The notes under the pieces are model-generated. The model was not told the DNA's origin, did not search any database, and saw nothing but the letters and a program-made list of their open reading frames with translations. Positions 47,680-58,361 of a DNA stretch of 64,000 nucleotides are shown one piece after another. Numbering within the stretch: position 1 is the stretch's first letter; the number at the start of each line of letters is the position of its first letter. Source of the DNA: a virus (Duplodnaviria; Caudoviricetes); IMG/VR virus record IMGVR_UViG_3300011260_000073, positions 1,749 through 65,748 of that record, one strand, 5' to 3'. Position numbers and translations under genes: made by a program.

Positions 47680-48408
47680 ATGAAAAAAATAGCAAAAACA
47701 ATCTCCGCCTGGTCATTCTCAGCCCTTTCCGTATTCGAGCAATGTAAGTTTCGCTCTAAACTCGCTCGTATCGATAAGATACCAGAACCAGACCGTGGTG
47801 AACCACCTGCTAGATACGGTGGTGAGTGGCCTAACGACCGTGGCAACCGTGTACATGATGAATGCGAAAATTATGTACGTGACAAAGGCAATTTCCCTAA
47901 AGAAGCCGGCAAGTTCAGCTTGGAACTTGACCGTGTAAGAGAGCTTTTCAGACGCGGCATGGTAGTGATGGAAGACATGTGGTGCTTCGATGTTAACTGG
48001 TGTGTCGTAGCTAGTGACGACTACGCCAACATCTGGACTCGAATCAAACTCGACGTTGCTGTATTCATGACTGACGAATACGCAGTCGCTATTGACTACA
48101 AAACAGGTAAGCGCTTCGGCAACGAAGTAAAACATGCTGAACAAGTAACTCTCTATGCACTGGCTATGTTCCTCAGATATCCCAAACTTCAAAAGGTCAC
48201 GGCTGAGCTTTGGTACCTTGACCAGGATGAACTATCCTCTTTAACCTTCACACGTAAACAAGCGTTACGCTTCTTCAAAGGCTTCAACACTCGGGGCTTA
48301 GCAATGACCACATGTGTAGCCTTCCCTCCTAACGCTAACTCATACTCTTGTAAATGGTGTCCATACGGCCCTGCTAATTCAGGTGACTGTAAAGTAGGCG
48401 TTCAATGA
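47680..48408 (+). CDS. PD-(D/E)XK exonuclease (Cas4/RecB-like)
   Basis: WSFSAL..FEQC, RGNRVH, KLDVA, IDYKTGK, QVTLYA, C-terminal CKWCPY...C. Confidence 0.88.
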   Translation: MKKIAKTISAWSFSALSVFEQCKFRSKLARIDKIPEPDRGEPPARYGGEWPNDRGNRVHDECENYVRDKGNFPKEAGKFSLELDRVRELFRRGMVVMEDMWCFDVNWCVVASDDYANIWTRIKLDVAVFMTDEYAVAIDYKTGKRFGNEVKHAEQVTLYALAMFLRYPKLQKVTAELWYLDQDELSSLTFTRKQALRFFKGFNTRGLAMTTCVAFPPNANSYSCKWCPYGPANSGDCKVGVQ

Positions 48409-48659
48409 AATTAGGCCCTATCCCTAAATGTCGAATGAATACTGCTAAAATAAACGACTTGCCTATTAATGATATAGAGCACACAAAAGGCAGTACTCGT
48501 TATGGGTTAGAACTACTCGGGGTAAACGAATCATTAGTTGTATTCATGACTACCCATCCAAAGATATATGGCTCTATAAAAAACTATGAAGCCAAGCACG
48601 ATGCCCGTTTTGTATTTGACAAAATAAATAAGGGCTACAGGATATGGCGAACTGTATAA
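48405..48659 (+). CDS. hypothetical small protein, possibly DNA-binding
   Basis: RY.L..L.VNES...GYRIWRT pattern. Confidence 0.5.
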   Translation: MKLGPIPKCRMNTAKINDLPINDIEHTKGSTRYGLELLGVNESLVVFMTTHPKIYGSIKNYEAKHDARFVFDKINKGYRIWRTV

Positions 48660-49375
48660 AACATAAAAAACATAAATGGAAGTTTGAACAAGTAGCTGAC
48701 TATACAGATGATGCTGCTTGGTTCGAATGTACTCGTTGTGGGAATGTTGACCTTCTACCTTTCAAACAAGACTCTGAAAAACGTAATATGAGACGTAGTG
48801 AGCGAATGATTAAAGCATTAAGCGAATGAACTTTCCTAAATGTACTGATACAAAAGCTTTTAGAGGAAACCATTTATGGACACTTATAGGAGCTGTAGGC
48901 AGTTCACATATAACTAAAATGAAATGCTTATATTGTGATGCAATAATTTTTAGAGAACATGGGGAACGAATCTCTAAAGAAGAAGCTGCTCTTAAAGTAT
49001 TAGTATCATGAATAAACCACCAACAGTATTTGATTGTACTGCAGAACGTCATTGCTTTGATACAGAAACTACTGGAAACAAAACTATAATTAAAGTTACT
49101 TGCATGCACTGTAATATGATACGGTACCGTAAACATGATACTACAAATAAAAGACATCCGTATTTAACAGAAGCAGAAATGGTAGCCGCAGTGCTGCAAG
49201 GGGAGTAGTAATGACTAATAAATTACATAATTGGAAAATCCAAGAATCAAATCTTGAAGAAACAACTTATTGTTGTAAAAATTGTGGTGAACTATTTTAT
49301 GCTGATGAAAGCGATTTCACTTCTTCTCAACCACCTCCACGTAAAGGTTGTACGCCAGAGAAAAATAATGAATGA
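48644..49375 (+). CDS. tandem array of four small His/Cys zinc-ribbon genes (48644-48829, 48826-49011, 49008-49208, 49211-49375)
   Basis: Each has H-x-(W/F) followed 13-16 residues later by CxxC. Confidence 0.65.
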
Positions 49376-49658
49376 CAGAGTGTATGTTTTCGGTGTTACG
49401 TCTCTTGAGTCTGTAACAGGTAAATTAGAAATCTCGAATATCGAGCTACGCGTTCTTGATGAAGACCTTGAGGAACTATGCAAAATACACGGTATGCATA
49501 TTATGCAGCAGGACATACCCGTCACTAAACGCTTTCTAGTACAGCAGGCAAAAGCATTAATATCAAACTCCTCTGCTACCAGCGCATAGAAGGTGTTACT
49601 AAAACACCATTCAAGACTGTCGCTATTGGCGAAACTACATCTTACTGGGTTATAGAAC

Positions 49659-51083
49659 ATGGCAACAAGAAACATAGGGTTAACAAAGGCGCGTGTCGCA
49701 GCCCGACGCAAAGCCGCAAAAAAGGCAAAGCCTAGTTGGAAGCACCAGAAGAAAACGCTTAAGCTTGCGAAAGCCTCCCCGCTTGTTATGGACGGCAGTG
49801 ACCCTGGCACTGGTAAGACTCGTGCTCATCTTGAAAGCTTCGCAGAACGACGTGCTGCCGGTAGTGGCTGTGCCCTGGTACTCGCCCCCAAAACTCTATT
49901 AGAAACATCATGGGACGCTGATGCATTCGAGTTCACGCCTGACATGATAACTAGCGTGGCCTATGCCAGTAACCGCCAGAAAGCTTTCGACTTCGACGCT
50001 GACATCTACATCACCAACCTCGATGCTATTAAATGGGTAGCTAAGCAACCAGCGAAATTCTTTAAGAGGTTCGACACACTCATCATCGATGAAGCTACTG
50101 CTTATAAGAACCGCACCAGCCAGCGCAGCAAGGCCACGGCCAAGGTTGCTCGGCACTTCACCCACAAGGCCATACTATCAGGCACCTTCATGGCTAAGTC
50201 AGTACTGGACGTGTGGCATCCTATATTCATACTTGACGGGGGGCAGCGCCTCGGCAAGAGTTTCTTCCAGTTCCGCGCCTCAGTCTGTCACCCTCAACAA
50301 GTAGGGCCTCGACCAGAGCACATACAATGGGTAGACAAGCCCGGCGCAGAAGAAGCCGTGACCTTCCTGTTGAAAGACATCGCCATCAGACACGACTTCG
50401 ATGACTGCATGGATATCCCACCAAACTATTCATATACACGTAGGATTATCCTACCACCTAAACTACAAAAATCTTATGAAGAGTTCGCTGACCACGCAAT
50501 ACTTGAACTAACTAACGACAGAGTATCAGCAGTCAACGCCGCTAACGTGCAGGACAAGCTATTGCAAATTGCGTCAGGCGCTGTGTACTCAGAAGGCGGG
50601 TACCAGGTACTTGATACGTATCGTTACGAATACATTGTCGACTTGATTAAACAACGCAAGCACAGCGTTACATTCTTTAACTGGCGACACCAGCGCCAAC
50701 TGCTAACAGAGATAGCTGAAAACGAGGGGCTTGATTATGCAGTCATTGATGGAAATACTCCTAACAGAGAGCGAAAAGGAATTGTTGAACGGTATCAAGC
50801 AGGCGAGTATCAAACTATTTTCCTGCATCCACAAACCGGCGCACATGGACTTACGCTTACTAAAGGCACGCGAACAATTTGGTCTTCCCCGGTCTACATG
50901 CCCGATTTTGTTAAGCAGGGCAAGCACCGCATCTACCGTGGTGGGCAGACCAAACGTACAGAGACGATATTTGTCTGCGCAAAGGGCACAGTAGAAGAAG
51001 CTGTTTACGAGAAACTAAATAACCGTCATGCCAAGATGGTTAACTTCCTCGACCTATTGAAGGAGTCGCAGAGCAATGAGTGA
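49659..51083 (+). CDS. SNF2-family helicase
   Basis: DPGTGKT, LIIDEAT, LSGT, KLLQIASG, GAHGLTL, HRIYRGGQ. Confidence 0.92.
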   Translation: MATRNIGLTKARVAARRKAAKKAKPSWKHQKKTLKLAKASPLVMDGSDPGTGKTRAHLESFAERRAAGSGCALVLAPKTLLETSWDADAFEFTPDMITSVAYASNRQKAFDFDADIYITNLDAIKWVAKQPAKFFKRFDTLIIDEATAYKNRTSQRSKATAKVARHFTHKAILSGTFMAKSVLDVWHPIFILDGGQRLGKSFFQFRASVCHPQQVGPRPEHIQWVDKPGAEEAVTFLLKDIAIRHDFDDCMDIPPNYSYTRRIILPPKLQKSYEEFADHAILELTNDRVSAVNAANVQDKLLQIASGAVYSEGGYQVLDTYRYEYIVDLIKQRKHSVTFFNWRHQRQLLTEIAENEGLDYAVIDGNTPNRERKGIVERYQAGEYQTIFLHPQTGAHGLTLTKGTRTIWSSPVYMPDFVKQGKHRIYRGGQTKRTETIFVCAKGTVEEAVYEKLNNRHAKMVNFLDLLKESQSNE

Positions 51084-51458
51084 TACTATCGCTATACTCA
51101 TCCCTCAAGAAGAAATGGAAACCGCCCTAACCAAACTATTAAAAAAATCTATATGGTTTGAAGTTACTCCATTTCCTGAAGAAAAGTTTGAAGTAAAAAT
51201 AAAAAACTGTGACATGGATACCATATTTAAGGAGCAACCATGAGTAAGTTTATATTTATAGCTGCTGGGTCAAGCGTAGTCGCCTACCACCTTGGTATGA
51301 TACTTTTGCAAGCAGCTTTCCTTGGAGCGATAGTATTTGGCGTGGCTATGCTTATTAAAACACTTGCTGACTGATGGTGACCAAGCTAATACTCATCTTG
51401 ACCATAGTGCATCGTGGACTAATCATTTGGCAGAATATTCAAGAGGCGAAAAAGAACG

Positions 51459-51698
51459 ATGTCAGCTGAAGACTGGATATCAGGCGAAGACCCTTACTCA
51501 GACGATAGAGATGCGGAAGACCAAGTCCTCAGTTATGAAAAGATAGAACATGAAACCGAGAAGGCAGTATTCTTCTGTGTATCTAAAGATAAAAACCAAT
51601 ATGTATGGCTACCTAAATCTCAGATAGTCATTCATGAACAGAGCAAAGAAATACAAGTTCCTGCTTGGCTATCTATAAATAAGGTACCTAAAAAATGA
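51459..51698 (+). CDS. small phage protein (HETEKA..WLPKSQI type)
   Basis: HETEKAV.F....VWLPKSQI....VPAWL motif. Confidence 0.65.
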   Translation: MSAEDWISGEDPYSDDRDAEDQVLSYEKIEHETEKAVFFCVSKDKNQYVWLPKSQIVIHEQSKEIQVPAWLSINKVPKK

Positions 51699-52927
51699 GC
51701 GACCAACGTAAATTTTTAGTCGATAACACTCAGCGTAATGTAATTAAACATTGGACTCGTGGTGTAATGCTTGATGACCGCGCTTTAGAACAACTACGTA
51801 ATGTTGCTTCAATGCCCTTCGTCCATAAACATGTAGCCGCAATGCCCGATGCACACTGGGGTATGGGAGCAACTATTGGTTCGGTCATCGCTACCAAAGG
51901 TGCAATAATACCTGCAGCAGTTGGTGTTGATATTGGCTGTGGCATGATGGCCATCCAAACAACTTTAACAGCTAACGACTTACCAGATAACTTACATGCC
52001 TTGCGCTCCCATATTGAACAAGTTGTTCCTCATGGTCGTACTAATAATGGGCAAAAAGGTGACCGTGGAGCTTTTAGCACTCCACGTACTCTTAGCCATG
52101 CTATTCGTTGGGATGCTTTAGCTTCTCGATATAATACTATTCTTGAAAAACATCCTAAAGCCAAAGCATTCAATACATGGCAACATATGGGTACTCTTGG
52201 TACAGGCAACCACTTTATTGAAATTTGTCTTGATGAAGCTGACCAAGTATGGGTAATGCTTCATTCAGGCTCACGTGGAGCTGGTAATAGAATTGGTAGC
52301 TATTTCATTGAACGAGCTAAACGTGAAATGGAAAAGTATTTCATTGGTGACTATCTACCAGATAAAGATTTATCTTATCTTGTAGAACATACTGAACTGT
52401 TTGATGATTATGTTGAAGCTGTACAATGGGCGCAAGACTTCGCCCAAAGCAATCGCCAAGCTATGATGCATGTAGTTATGAACGTCATTCGTACACAAGT
52501 ACGTGACTTTTCATTAACAGAGCACGCAGTAAATTGCCACCACAATTACATTTCTAAGGAACACCATTTTAAAGAAAACGTATGGGTAACCCGTAAAGGC
52601 GCTGTACGCGCCAGAGAAGGCGACCTCGGCATTATTCCGGGCTCTATGGGCACTGGCTCCTTCATTGTACGAGGCTTAGGCAGTGCTGATTCCTTCTGTA
52701 GTTGCTCTCACGGAGCAGGTCGTGTAATGTCTCGCGGTCAGGCCAAGAAAGAAATCTCTCTTGAGCAGCATGCTACAGCCATGCAAGGCATCGAAGCTCG
52801 TCTGGACGCTGATGTACTGGATGAGAGCCCAGCTGCTTACAAGGATATTGGCGCTGTCATGAACGCTCAAAGCGACCTTGTAGAAGTCCTATACCGACTA
52901 CGTCAAGTAGTTAACGTTAAAGGGTAA
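51695..52927 (+). CDS. rtcB: RtcB RNA-splicing/repair ligase
   Basis: MPDAH.G.GATIGSV, VGVDIGCGM, GTLGTGNHFIE, HSGSRG, HHNY, RKGA, IPGSMG, SHGAGR, DESPAAYK. Confidence 0.97.
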   Translation: MSDQRKFLVDNTQRNVIKHWTRGVMLDDRALEQLRNVASMPFVHKHVAAMPDAHWGMGATIGSVIATKGAIIPAAVGVDIGCGMMAIQTTLTANDLPDNLHALRSHIEQVVPHGRTNNGQKGDRGAFSTPRTLSHAIRWDALASRYNTILEKHPKAKAFNTWQHMGTLGTGNHFIEICLDEADQVWVMLHSGSRGAGNRIGSYFIERAKREMEKYFIGDYLPDKDLSYLVEHTELFDDYVEAVQWAQDFAQSNRQAMMHVVMNVIRTQVRDFSLTEHAVNCHHNYISKEHHFKENVWVTRKGAVRAREGDLGIIPGSMGTGSFIVRGLGSADSFCSCSHGAGRVMSRGQAKKEISLEQHATAMQGIEARLDADVLDESPAAYKDIGAVMNAQSDLVEVLYRLRQVVNVKG

Positions 52928-52935
52928 TAGATAAT

Positions 52936-53013
52936 CCGTGTGTAGCTCAGTCTGGTTAGAGTTCTCGCTTTGGAAGCGAGATGTCAAAGGTTCAAATCCT
53001 TTCATGCGGACCA
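52936..53013 (+). tRNA. tRNA-Pro (TGG)
   Basis: CCGTGTG/CATGCGG+ACCA; D arm GCTC/GAGT; CTCGC-TTTGGAA-GCGAG; T arm AAAGG-TTCAAAT-CCTTT. Confidence 0.92.
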
Positions 53014-53032
53014 TTTTTTATAAGGATTCAAA

Positions 53033-53631
53033 ATGAATCAAGTAACCGTTCCGACTGAAATGGATGCACTGCTACTCAAATTGATAGCTAAACAAACTGA
53101 AGCAGCAGAAACAATAAATAAACTTCAGCGCTCTATGCTAATTAGGAAGCTATGGCCAGAAGCTTTTAAATGCGGGAACTGCTATGTTGGCATTACTCAA
53201 TACCCAATGCAAACAAGTAGGTCTATACGTCTACTACTTAAAAAAAAGAAGCCAGTACCAGGCAGAGTTACATTACGCAGACCAGACGGTGCTGAGAAAG
53301 TATTTCCAACAAGCGAAGTTCCAAACGAGTTACTACCAGAGAATATGAGGAGCTTATGATGTGGCCATTTCATAAAAAACCAGCCAAAAAAACAAGGGGG
53401 GTAATTTACACGAGTTTTGAATTCGTAAGCTTTGATAATTCAAGCTATACGATTATACGTTGTAAGCAACCACGCGCTGATGAAATACAAAAGATTCTGG
53501 AAGACAATAAATATAGAGGAACCCTATCTTTCCCGCTAACTTCTGGTACGGTCACAATAAAGATGAGAGATATAAAGCGTACCGTTATCCAGAAACACGT
53601 AGTAACGGAAATTATAAATGAACCGTCCTAA
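53033..53631 (+). CDS. two hypothetical genes (53033-53359, 53356-53631)
   Basis: Coupled ORFs with SD sequences between tRNA-Pro and the polymerase. Confidence 0.55.
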
Positions 53632-55525
53632 AGATATAGTCGGGCTCGACTTTGAAACCTATTTTGACCAGAAATACTCACTCCGTAGCCCAAAGATGTC
53701 TACCAGTGAGTACGTACGTGATGAACGCTTTAAAATGCAATGCGTAGGTATTCGTACTAATCGTCAACGTAAAGCTCGCTGGTATACAGGCTACAATGCA
53801 ATCAAAGCATTAAAATCTTTTGATTGGAAGAACACAGCTTTGCTCTGTCACAACACAGCATTCGATGGACTTATCCTCAGCCATCATTACGATATCGTTC
53901 CAGCATACTATTACGACACACTGTCTATGGCACGCGCACTACACAGCAACCATATTGGTGCTGGTCTGGATGAAGTCGCTAAATATTATGGTTACGCCGG
54001 TAAGGTGAAGGCCGATGCACTGAAGGCCACCAAGGGCATACGTGACCTGCCAGAAGAATTAATGACACCTCTTGGTGAATACTGCGCAGATGATGTCACC
54101 GACATGTGGAATATCTTTAAGCACATGGGCGAGAACTATCCGCAAGACGAACTGGATTTGATACACTACACAATCAACGCATTCTGTAATCCTGTGCTCG
54201 ACGTAGATGTTCCAAGGGCATCCAAGGAGTTAGTCCGTGCAACAAAAGAATCCAGAAAGCTCATACTCAGGACAACTAAGCTTGTTGGCACAGCAGGCCT
54301 CGCACCTAGAGACAAATACGATGCTACTATTAAAGCTTTACGAAGCAGAGAGATATTTGCTTCCTCCCTTAGACAGCAAGGTATCGAACCGCCAACAAAA
54401 ATAAGTAAAGACACTGGCGAAGAAACGTACGCCTTCGCCAAGTCCGACCTCGACTTCCAAGCACTGTTCAAGCATCCTGATAAGAACATACGTACTTTAT
54501 GCGAAGCCAAAAGCGAAGCCAGTTCTTCTATCTCCATCACGCGTGCTACGCGACTGATACAACGTGTAGATGACGGTAATAAGCTGCCTATCATGCTCAA
54601 CTACTGCCGAGCGCATACCTTCAGATGGTCAGGCGGTGACAAGCTCAACCCACAGAACTTCCCGGCACGTGGTAAGAACGGCAACGAATTACGCCGGTCT
54701 ATCATCGCTCCTCGGGGTCAAAAGATTGTAGTCGTAGACAGCGGTCAAATTGAAGCACGGGTCATTGCATGGCTTGCCGGCCAAGACGACTTACTCGATG
54801 TGTTCCGCGCCTCAGATAAAGGTAAGGGACCTGACCCGTACGTACTGCTTGCCTCAGACATCTACAATAGAACCATAACCAAAAAGGACAAAGAGGAGCG
54901 CTTCGTAGGCAAGGTCGGTGTACTAGGCCTCGGCTTCCAGATGGGCGCTCCACGCTATCAGGAGACGCTGGAGGCCGGTGTGATGGGGCCACCCGTCATT
55001 ATCGACATGGCATTGGCACGCAAGACAGTGAGCACCTACCGCGCTAAGAACAAGCATATAGCCAATTACTGGGACTTCTTACAACGCATGATTCAGTTCA
55101 TGCACCACGGTAAGGGTGAGCGAGAAGCCGGTGTACTGAACTTCCACGCAGACGGCGTAGATGTCCCTAACGGGCTTACGCTGCTATACCCGGACATACG
55201 CCGTAAGCCTAGCGAGCGCTGGCCTGGTTCCCATGAGTACTCCTATCAGAACGGACGACAGCGCGGCAAGCTATACGGCGGTCTGTTCTCAGAGAACATT
55301 ACCCAGTGTGTAGCACGTATTATCGTAGGTGAGCAGATGCTTAAAATCGCTGACCGTTACCGAGTAGTGATGATGTCCCATGATGAAGTTGTATACCTAG
55401 CTCCAGACAAACAAGCTGAACGTGCTTACAACTTCGGCATCAAATGCTTAACCACGCCTCCGACATGGGGGACAGATATTCCTCTATCGGCAGAAGGCGG
55501 CTGGGATGACTGCTACAGTAAATAA
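53618..55525 (+). CDS. polA: family A DNA polymerase with 3'-5' exonuclease domain
   Basis: Exo LDFETY, HNTAFD, YCADD; HTFRWSG..NPQN; motif A DSGQIEAR; motif B RFVGKVGVLGLGFQMG; motif C SHDEVV. Confidence 0.93.
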   Translation: MNRPKDIVGLDFETYFDQKYSLRSPKMSTSEYVRDERFKMQCVGIRTNRQRKARWYTGYNAIKALKSFDWKNTALLCHNTAFDGLILSHHYDIVPAYYYDTLSMARALHSNHIGAGLDEVAKYYGYAGKVKADALKATKGIRDLPEELMTPLGEYCADDVTDMWNIFKHMGENYPQDELDLIHYTINAFCNPVLDVDVPRASKELVRATKESRKLILRTTKLVGTAGLAPRDKYDATIKALRSREIFASSLRQQGIEPPTKISKDTGEETYAFAKSDLDFQALFKHPDKNIRTLCEAKSEASSSISITRATRLIQRVDDGNKLPIMLNYCRAHTFRWSGGDKLNPQNFPARGKNGNELRRSIIAPRGQKIVVVDSGQIEARVIAWLAGQDDLLDVFRASDKGKGPDPYVLLASDIYNRTITKKDKEERFVGKVGVLGLGFQMGAPRYQETLEAGVMGPPVIIDMALARKTVSTYRAKNKHIANYWDFLQRMIQFMHHGKGEREAGVLNFHADGVDVPNGLTLLYPDIRRKPSERWPGSHEYSYQNGRQRGKLYGGLFSENITQCVARIIVGEQMLKIADRYRVVMMSHDEVVYLAPDKQAERAYNFGIKCLTTPPTWGTDIPLSAEGGWDDCYSK

Positions 55526-55799
55526 TTGTAGAACTTGTATATGGGTTACTGAGCGCAAAGATACAGAGCAAGCTAGGACCAGAATTAATTGCATACTCGG
55601 TAAAAACCCCAACCTTCCGTTTACTACTCTACTTTATTATTGGGAACGCGATAAACAATATACTGCCTGTGACTCTTATGAAACGGGCGACCATATGGTT
55701 ATAACAGACGGATGCAGGCATCAAAGCGCACCTGATAAGGTACGAGCCTTTTTACGTATTACTGAAAGGTCTCCTTGGGAAGTTGAGCATGGCACGTGA
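55506..55799 (+). CDS. hypothetical Cys-containing protein
   Basis: CRTC start; overlaps the polymerase stop. Confidence 0.45.
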   Translation: MTATVNNCRTCIWVTERKDTEQARTRINCILGKNPNLPFTTLLYYWERDKQYTACDSYETGDHMVITDGCRHQSAPDKVRAFLRITERSPWEVEHGT

Positions 55800-56070
55800 C
55801 ACAGACCTATACGCTCAAGTAATGAATGAATATTTCATTGGTCCATTATGCCGTGCTATGAGAGACGACGCTTCGCAACACTTCATAGGCTTTGAATTCA
55901 AAAAAGAAGCTGACTGTGAGTACTGGGCTGATATAACAGGCTGGGCAAGAAAAGGCCGTACAGAACTTTATATAACTCCAGTTACAAAAGAGATACGAAT
56001 CTTTCTCCAGACTAAAGAAGAAGTGGAGAAGCTCAATCACGCAAAACTATTGCAGAGGTTACTCGGATGA
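55783..56070 (+). CDS. hypothetical protein, paralog of 56531-56890
   Basis: Shared (F/Y)IGPL...YW...TGW...KLL.(Q)RL.G. Confidence 0.6.
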   Translation: MSMARDTDLYAQVMNEYFIGPLCRAMRDDASQHFIGFEFKKEADCEYWADITGWARKGRTELYITPVTKEIRIFLQTKEEVEKLNHAKLLQRLLG

Positions 56071-56534
56071 GTGATGTAGAAAAGTATGCACAAGAGCTAC
56101 TAAAAATAAAAGACGCTGCAAAAGCCTTTACCACAGCAATGAGTAAAGCCTGCGGTGGCTCATTTGAATGGGGCATACAACAAGTTGTGGAATCCTACTT
56201 ATCAATGTATGACCGCTTCTGCCCATACAAAAAAGGCGACAGAGTACAACTGAGCCGGAACATTGATGTGAATAGCAGTAGTGGCTGGTTTCACTCCAGG
56301 CATTTCTTGATAAAGGGTAGCAAGGCTACAGTAGCAAATCGTGGCTACAGCAATGGAGCCTTCACCTTTGATGTTATTTTCGATGATGAATCATGGATAG
56401 ATAATAACGGAGAGAAACAGCCAACGCCTGACAGCAACAAACATACTTACGGCTTCGCAGAAAAATATCTTGAACCTATTCCTAACGAACATATGTGTGG
56501 AGAATGCGGTACCATACTAGCAGACGAAAAATGA
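56067..56534 (+). CDS. hypothetical protein
   Basis: 155-aa coupled ORF. Confidence 0.6.
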   Translation: MSDVEKYAQELLKIKDAAKAFTTAMSKACGGSFEWGIQQVVESYLSMYDRFCPYKKGDRVQLSRNIDVNSSSGWFHSRHFLIKGSKATVANRGYSNGAFTFDVIFDDESWIDNNGEKQPTPDSNKHTYGFAEKYLEPIPNEHMCGECGTILADEK

Positions 56535-56890
56535 GCGGAATTAAGAAGCTGTATCTGCAGTTATCTCATGGCCGGGATAGTATGGAAGAAGACATGGATG
56601 ATTGGGGGTTTGAAGGCCCTTACATAGGTCCTCTAACAGATATCGTTCAAGACTATGAGTCTCGCTACATACGCTTCTGCGAGGATGTAGATTTAACATA
56701 CTGGCACATGGTCACTGGCTGGAAGTTTGGAGTCGTCGAAAGGTCGCTTGAAGTACCGGTAGTAAATAAAGACCTGACACCCTGCGCCAGCGCCTTCTAT
56801 GGATACTATTCAGTAGGACAAGGAATACCCAAAGTCATTGAAACACATAACAAAAAACTGTTGACGCAGCGTTTAGCAGGTATGCGTTGA
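56531..56890 (+). CDS. hypothetical protein
   Basis: LYLQLSHGR....DMDDWGFEGP.IGPL motif; ATGA coupling. Confidence 0.6.
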   Translation: MSGIKKLYLQLSHGRDSMEEDMDDWGFEGPYIGPLTDIVQDYESRYIRFCEDVDLTYWHMVTGWKFGVVERSLEVPVVNKDLTPCASAFYGYYSVGQGIPKVIETHNKKLLTQRLAGMR

Positions 56891-56914
56891 CTTTAGTTCA
56901 ACAATACGTATAAT
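56887..56914 (+). promoter_or_regulatory. sigma70-like promoter
   Basis: TTGACT-16-TATAAT upstream of AAGGAG SD; GTTGA-N7-TCAAC inverted repeat overlaps the -35. Confidence 0.6.
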
Positions 56915-56935
56915 TAAGTTCAACAAGGAGCTATC

Positions 56936-57322
56936 ATGGCTACAAAGAAAGTTACTCTCGGCACAATGGTCGACAAATGGCAAAAAGCCGCTGATAAGAA
57001 AAGTAAGCTGGCAAAGGACCTTAAAGCAGCTACTTCAGATGCTTTTAAGTTGGAAGCCGAACTCATGGAAGCCATGGACGAACAAGACACAAGCATCACT
57101 GCAGGCTCGTTTAAGAAGGCTACCATCAGTGAATCCGAAGTCGCCAACATCGAAGACGTGGATGCTCTGAACAAATTTATCAAACGTACAAATTCGTTTT
57201 ACCTGTACGAGCGTCGTGTATCACAAGTTGCTTTCCGTGAACTGCTCGACTCACGTAAAGGTAAAGCAATCCCCGGCTTGAAACAGTTTACCAAACGGAA
57301 GCTGGGCTTGACCAAACTTTAA
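56936..57322 (+). CDS. conserved replication-module protein
   Basis: Coiled coil then D.DAL.KFI......LYERRVSQ.AF.E......IPGL; typical gene upstream of phage SSB-like genes. Confidence 0.65.
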   Translation: MATKKVTLGTMVDKWQKAADKKSKLAKDLKAATSDAFKLEAELMEAMDEQDTSITAGSFKKATISESEVANIEDVDALNKFIKRTNSFYLYERRVSQVAFRELLDSRKGKAIPGLKQFTKRKLGLTKL

Positions 57323-57351
57323 TCCCCAACCCTCATGAGGAGGATGCCATT

Positions 57352-58110
57352 ATGGCTAGTAAGAAGAAAGCAAGTAAGAAGAAAGCAAGTAAGAAAGGTC
57401 TCGCTGTTAAAGACCAAAAGACAGGTATGGCTACTGTCGATGAACAGATGGCTGCAGATGCTGCTGCTATTGCAGATAAGATTGGTGCTGCTGAGACCAA
57501 CAAAATCCGCACCGGTGAGAAGACCTTCACAATGCCTGACGGTTTTCAAACGGCTGACCCGATTGAATTGGTTGTTATCGGTTTCACATCAATGAACAAG
57601 TTCTATGACGTGCCGTATAACGAAGATAACCCGACGCCACCAGCTTGTTTTGCTATCGGTGACAATCCAAAACAGTTGGTTCCAAGCAAGAACTCACCAG
57701 CAGCTGAAAGTAAAGCCTGCGAAGGTTGTCCGAACAACGAGTTCGGTTCAGCAGGTGCTGGTAAGGCCTGTAAGAACAGCCGCCTGTTGATTGTTATGCA
57801 GCCTGACGCTGACCCTGAAGAAGGTGAGCTGATGACGCTGGAAGTATCGCCAACAGCACTGAAGGCATATGACGGTTACGTTGCTTCAATCGCCAAGCAG
57901 TACAACGCTCCACCGGTCAAAGTAATTACCCTCGTCGGTATGAACGAGACCAAGAAGCACACTTGCCTAACCTTCCAGTTCTCGGCACCAAACCCTGACT
58001 ACGCTGCACACTACGGTCGTAAGGCTGAAGCACAGGCAATGCTGGAAGCTGAACCGGACGTATCTGGCTATGAAAAACCAAAGCCAGCTCGTCGTGGACG
58101 CGGACGTTAA
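57352..58110 (+). CDS. ssDNA-binding / annealing-like protein with Cys cluster
   Basis: PACFA, CEGCPNNEFGS...GKACKNSR, VSPTALK; N-terminal KKKAS repeat; biased codons. Confidence 0.6.
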   Translation: MASKKKASKKKASKKGLAVKDQKTGMATVDEQMAADAAAIADKIGAAETNKIRTGEKTFTMPDGFQTADPIELVVIGFTSMNKFYDVPYNEDNPTPPACFAIGDNPKQLVPSKNSPAAESKACEGCPNNEFGSAGAGKACKNSRLLIVMQPDADPEEGELMTLEVSPTALKAYDGYVASIAKQYNAPPVKVITLVGMNETKKHTCLTFQFSAPNPDYAAHYGRKAEAQAMLEAEPDVSGYEKPKPARRGRGR

Positions 58111-58361
58111 GTTAGATGAAATCCTTGCCGAGGTTCCGATTAGTAATGAAGGGCTTCGGCAAGGGCACATCAACCGCGCAGTACAATCAGTAAGAGGCAT
58201 GGAAGAAATACTTCCTTATTTAAACGCATCTGAGCTGTTGTACTTACTCCAACTAGAAGCAGATTCACAACGTCGTTCAACTGTCACTGACCGCCTGGTA
58301 CAAAGGTTAGGACGACTCATCGAAGAACGTACCAGGATAACTTTAACTAGGAGATTTACCC

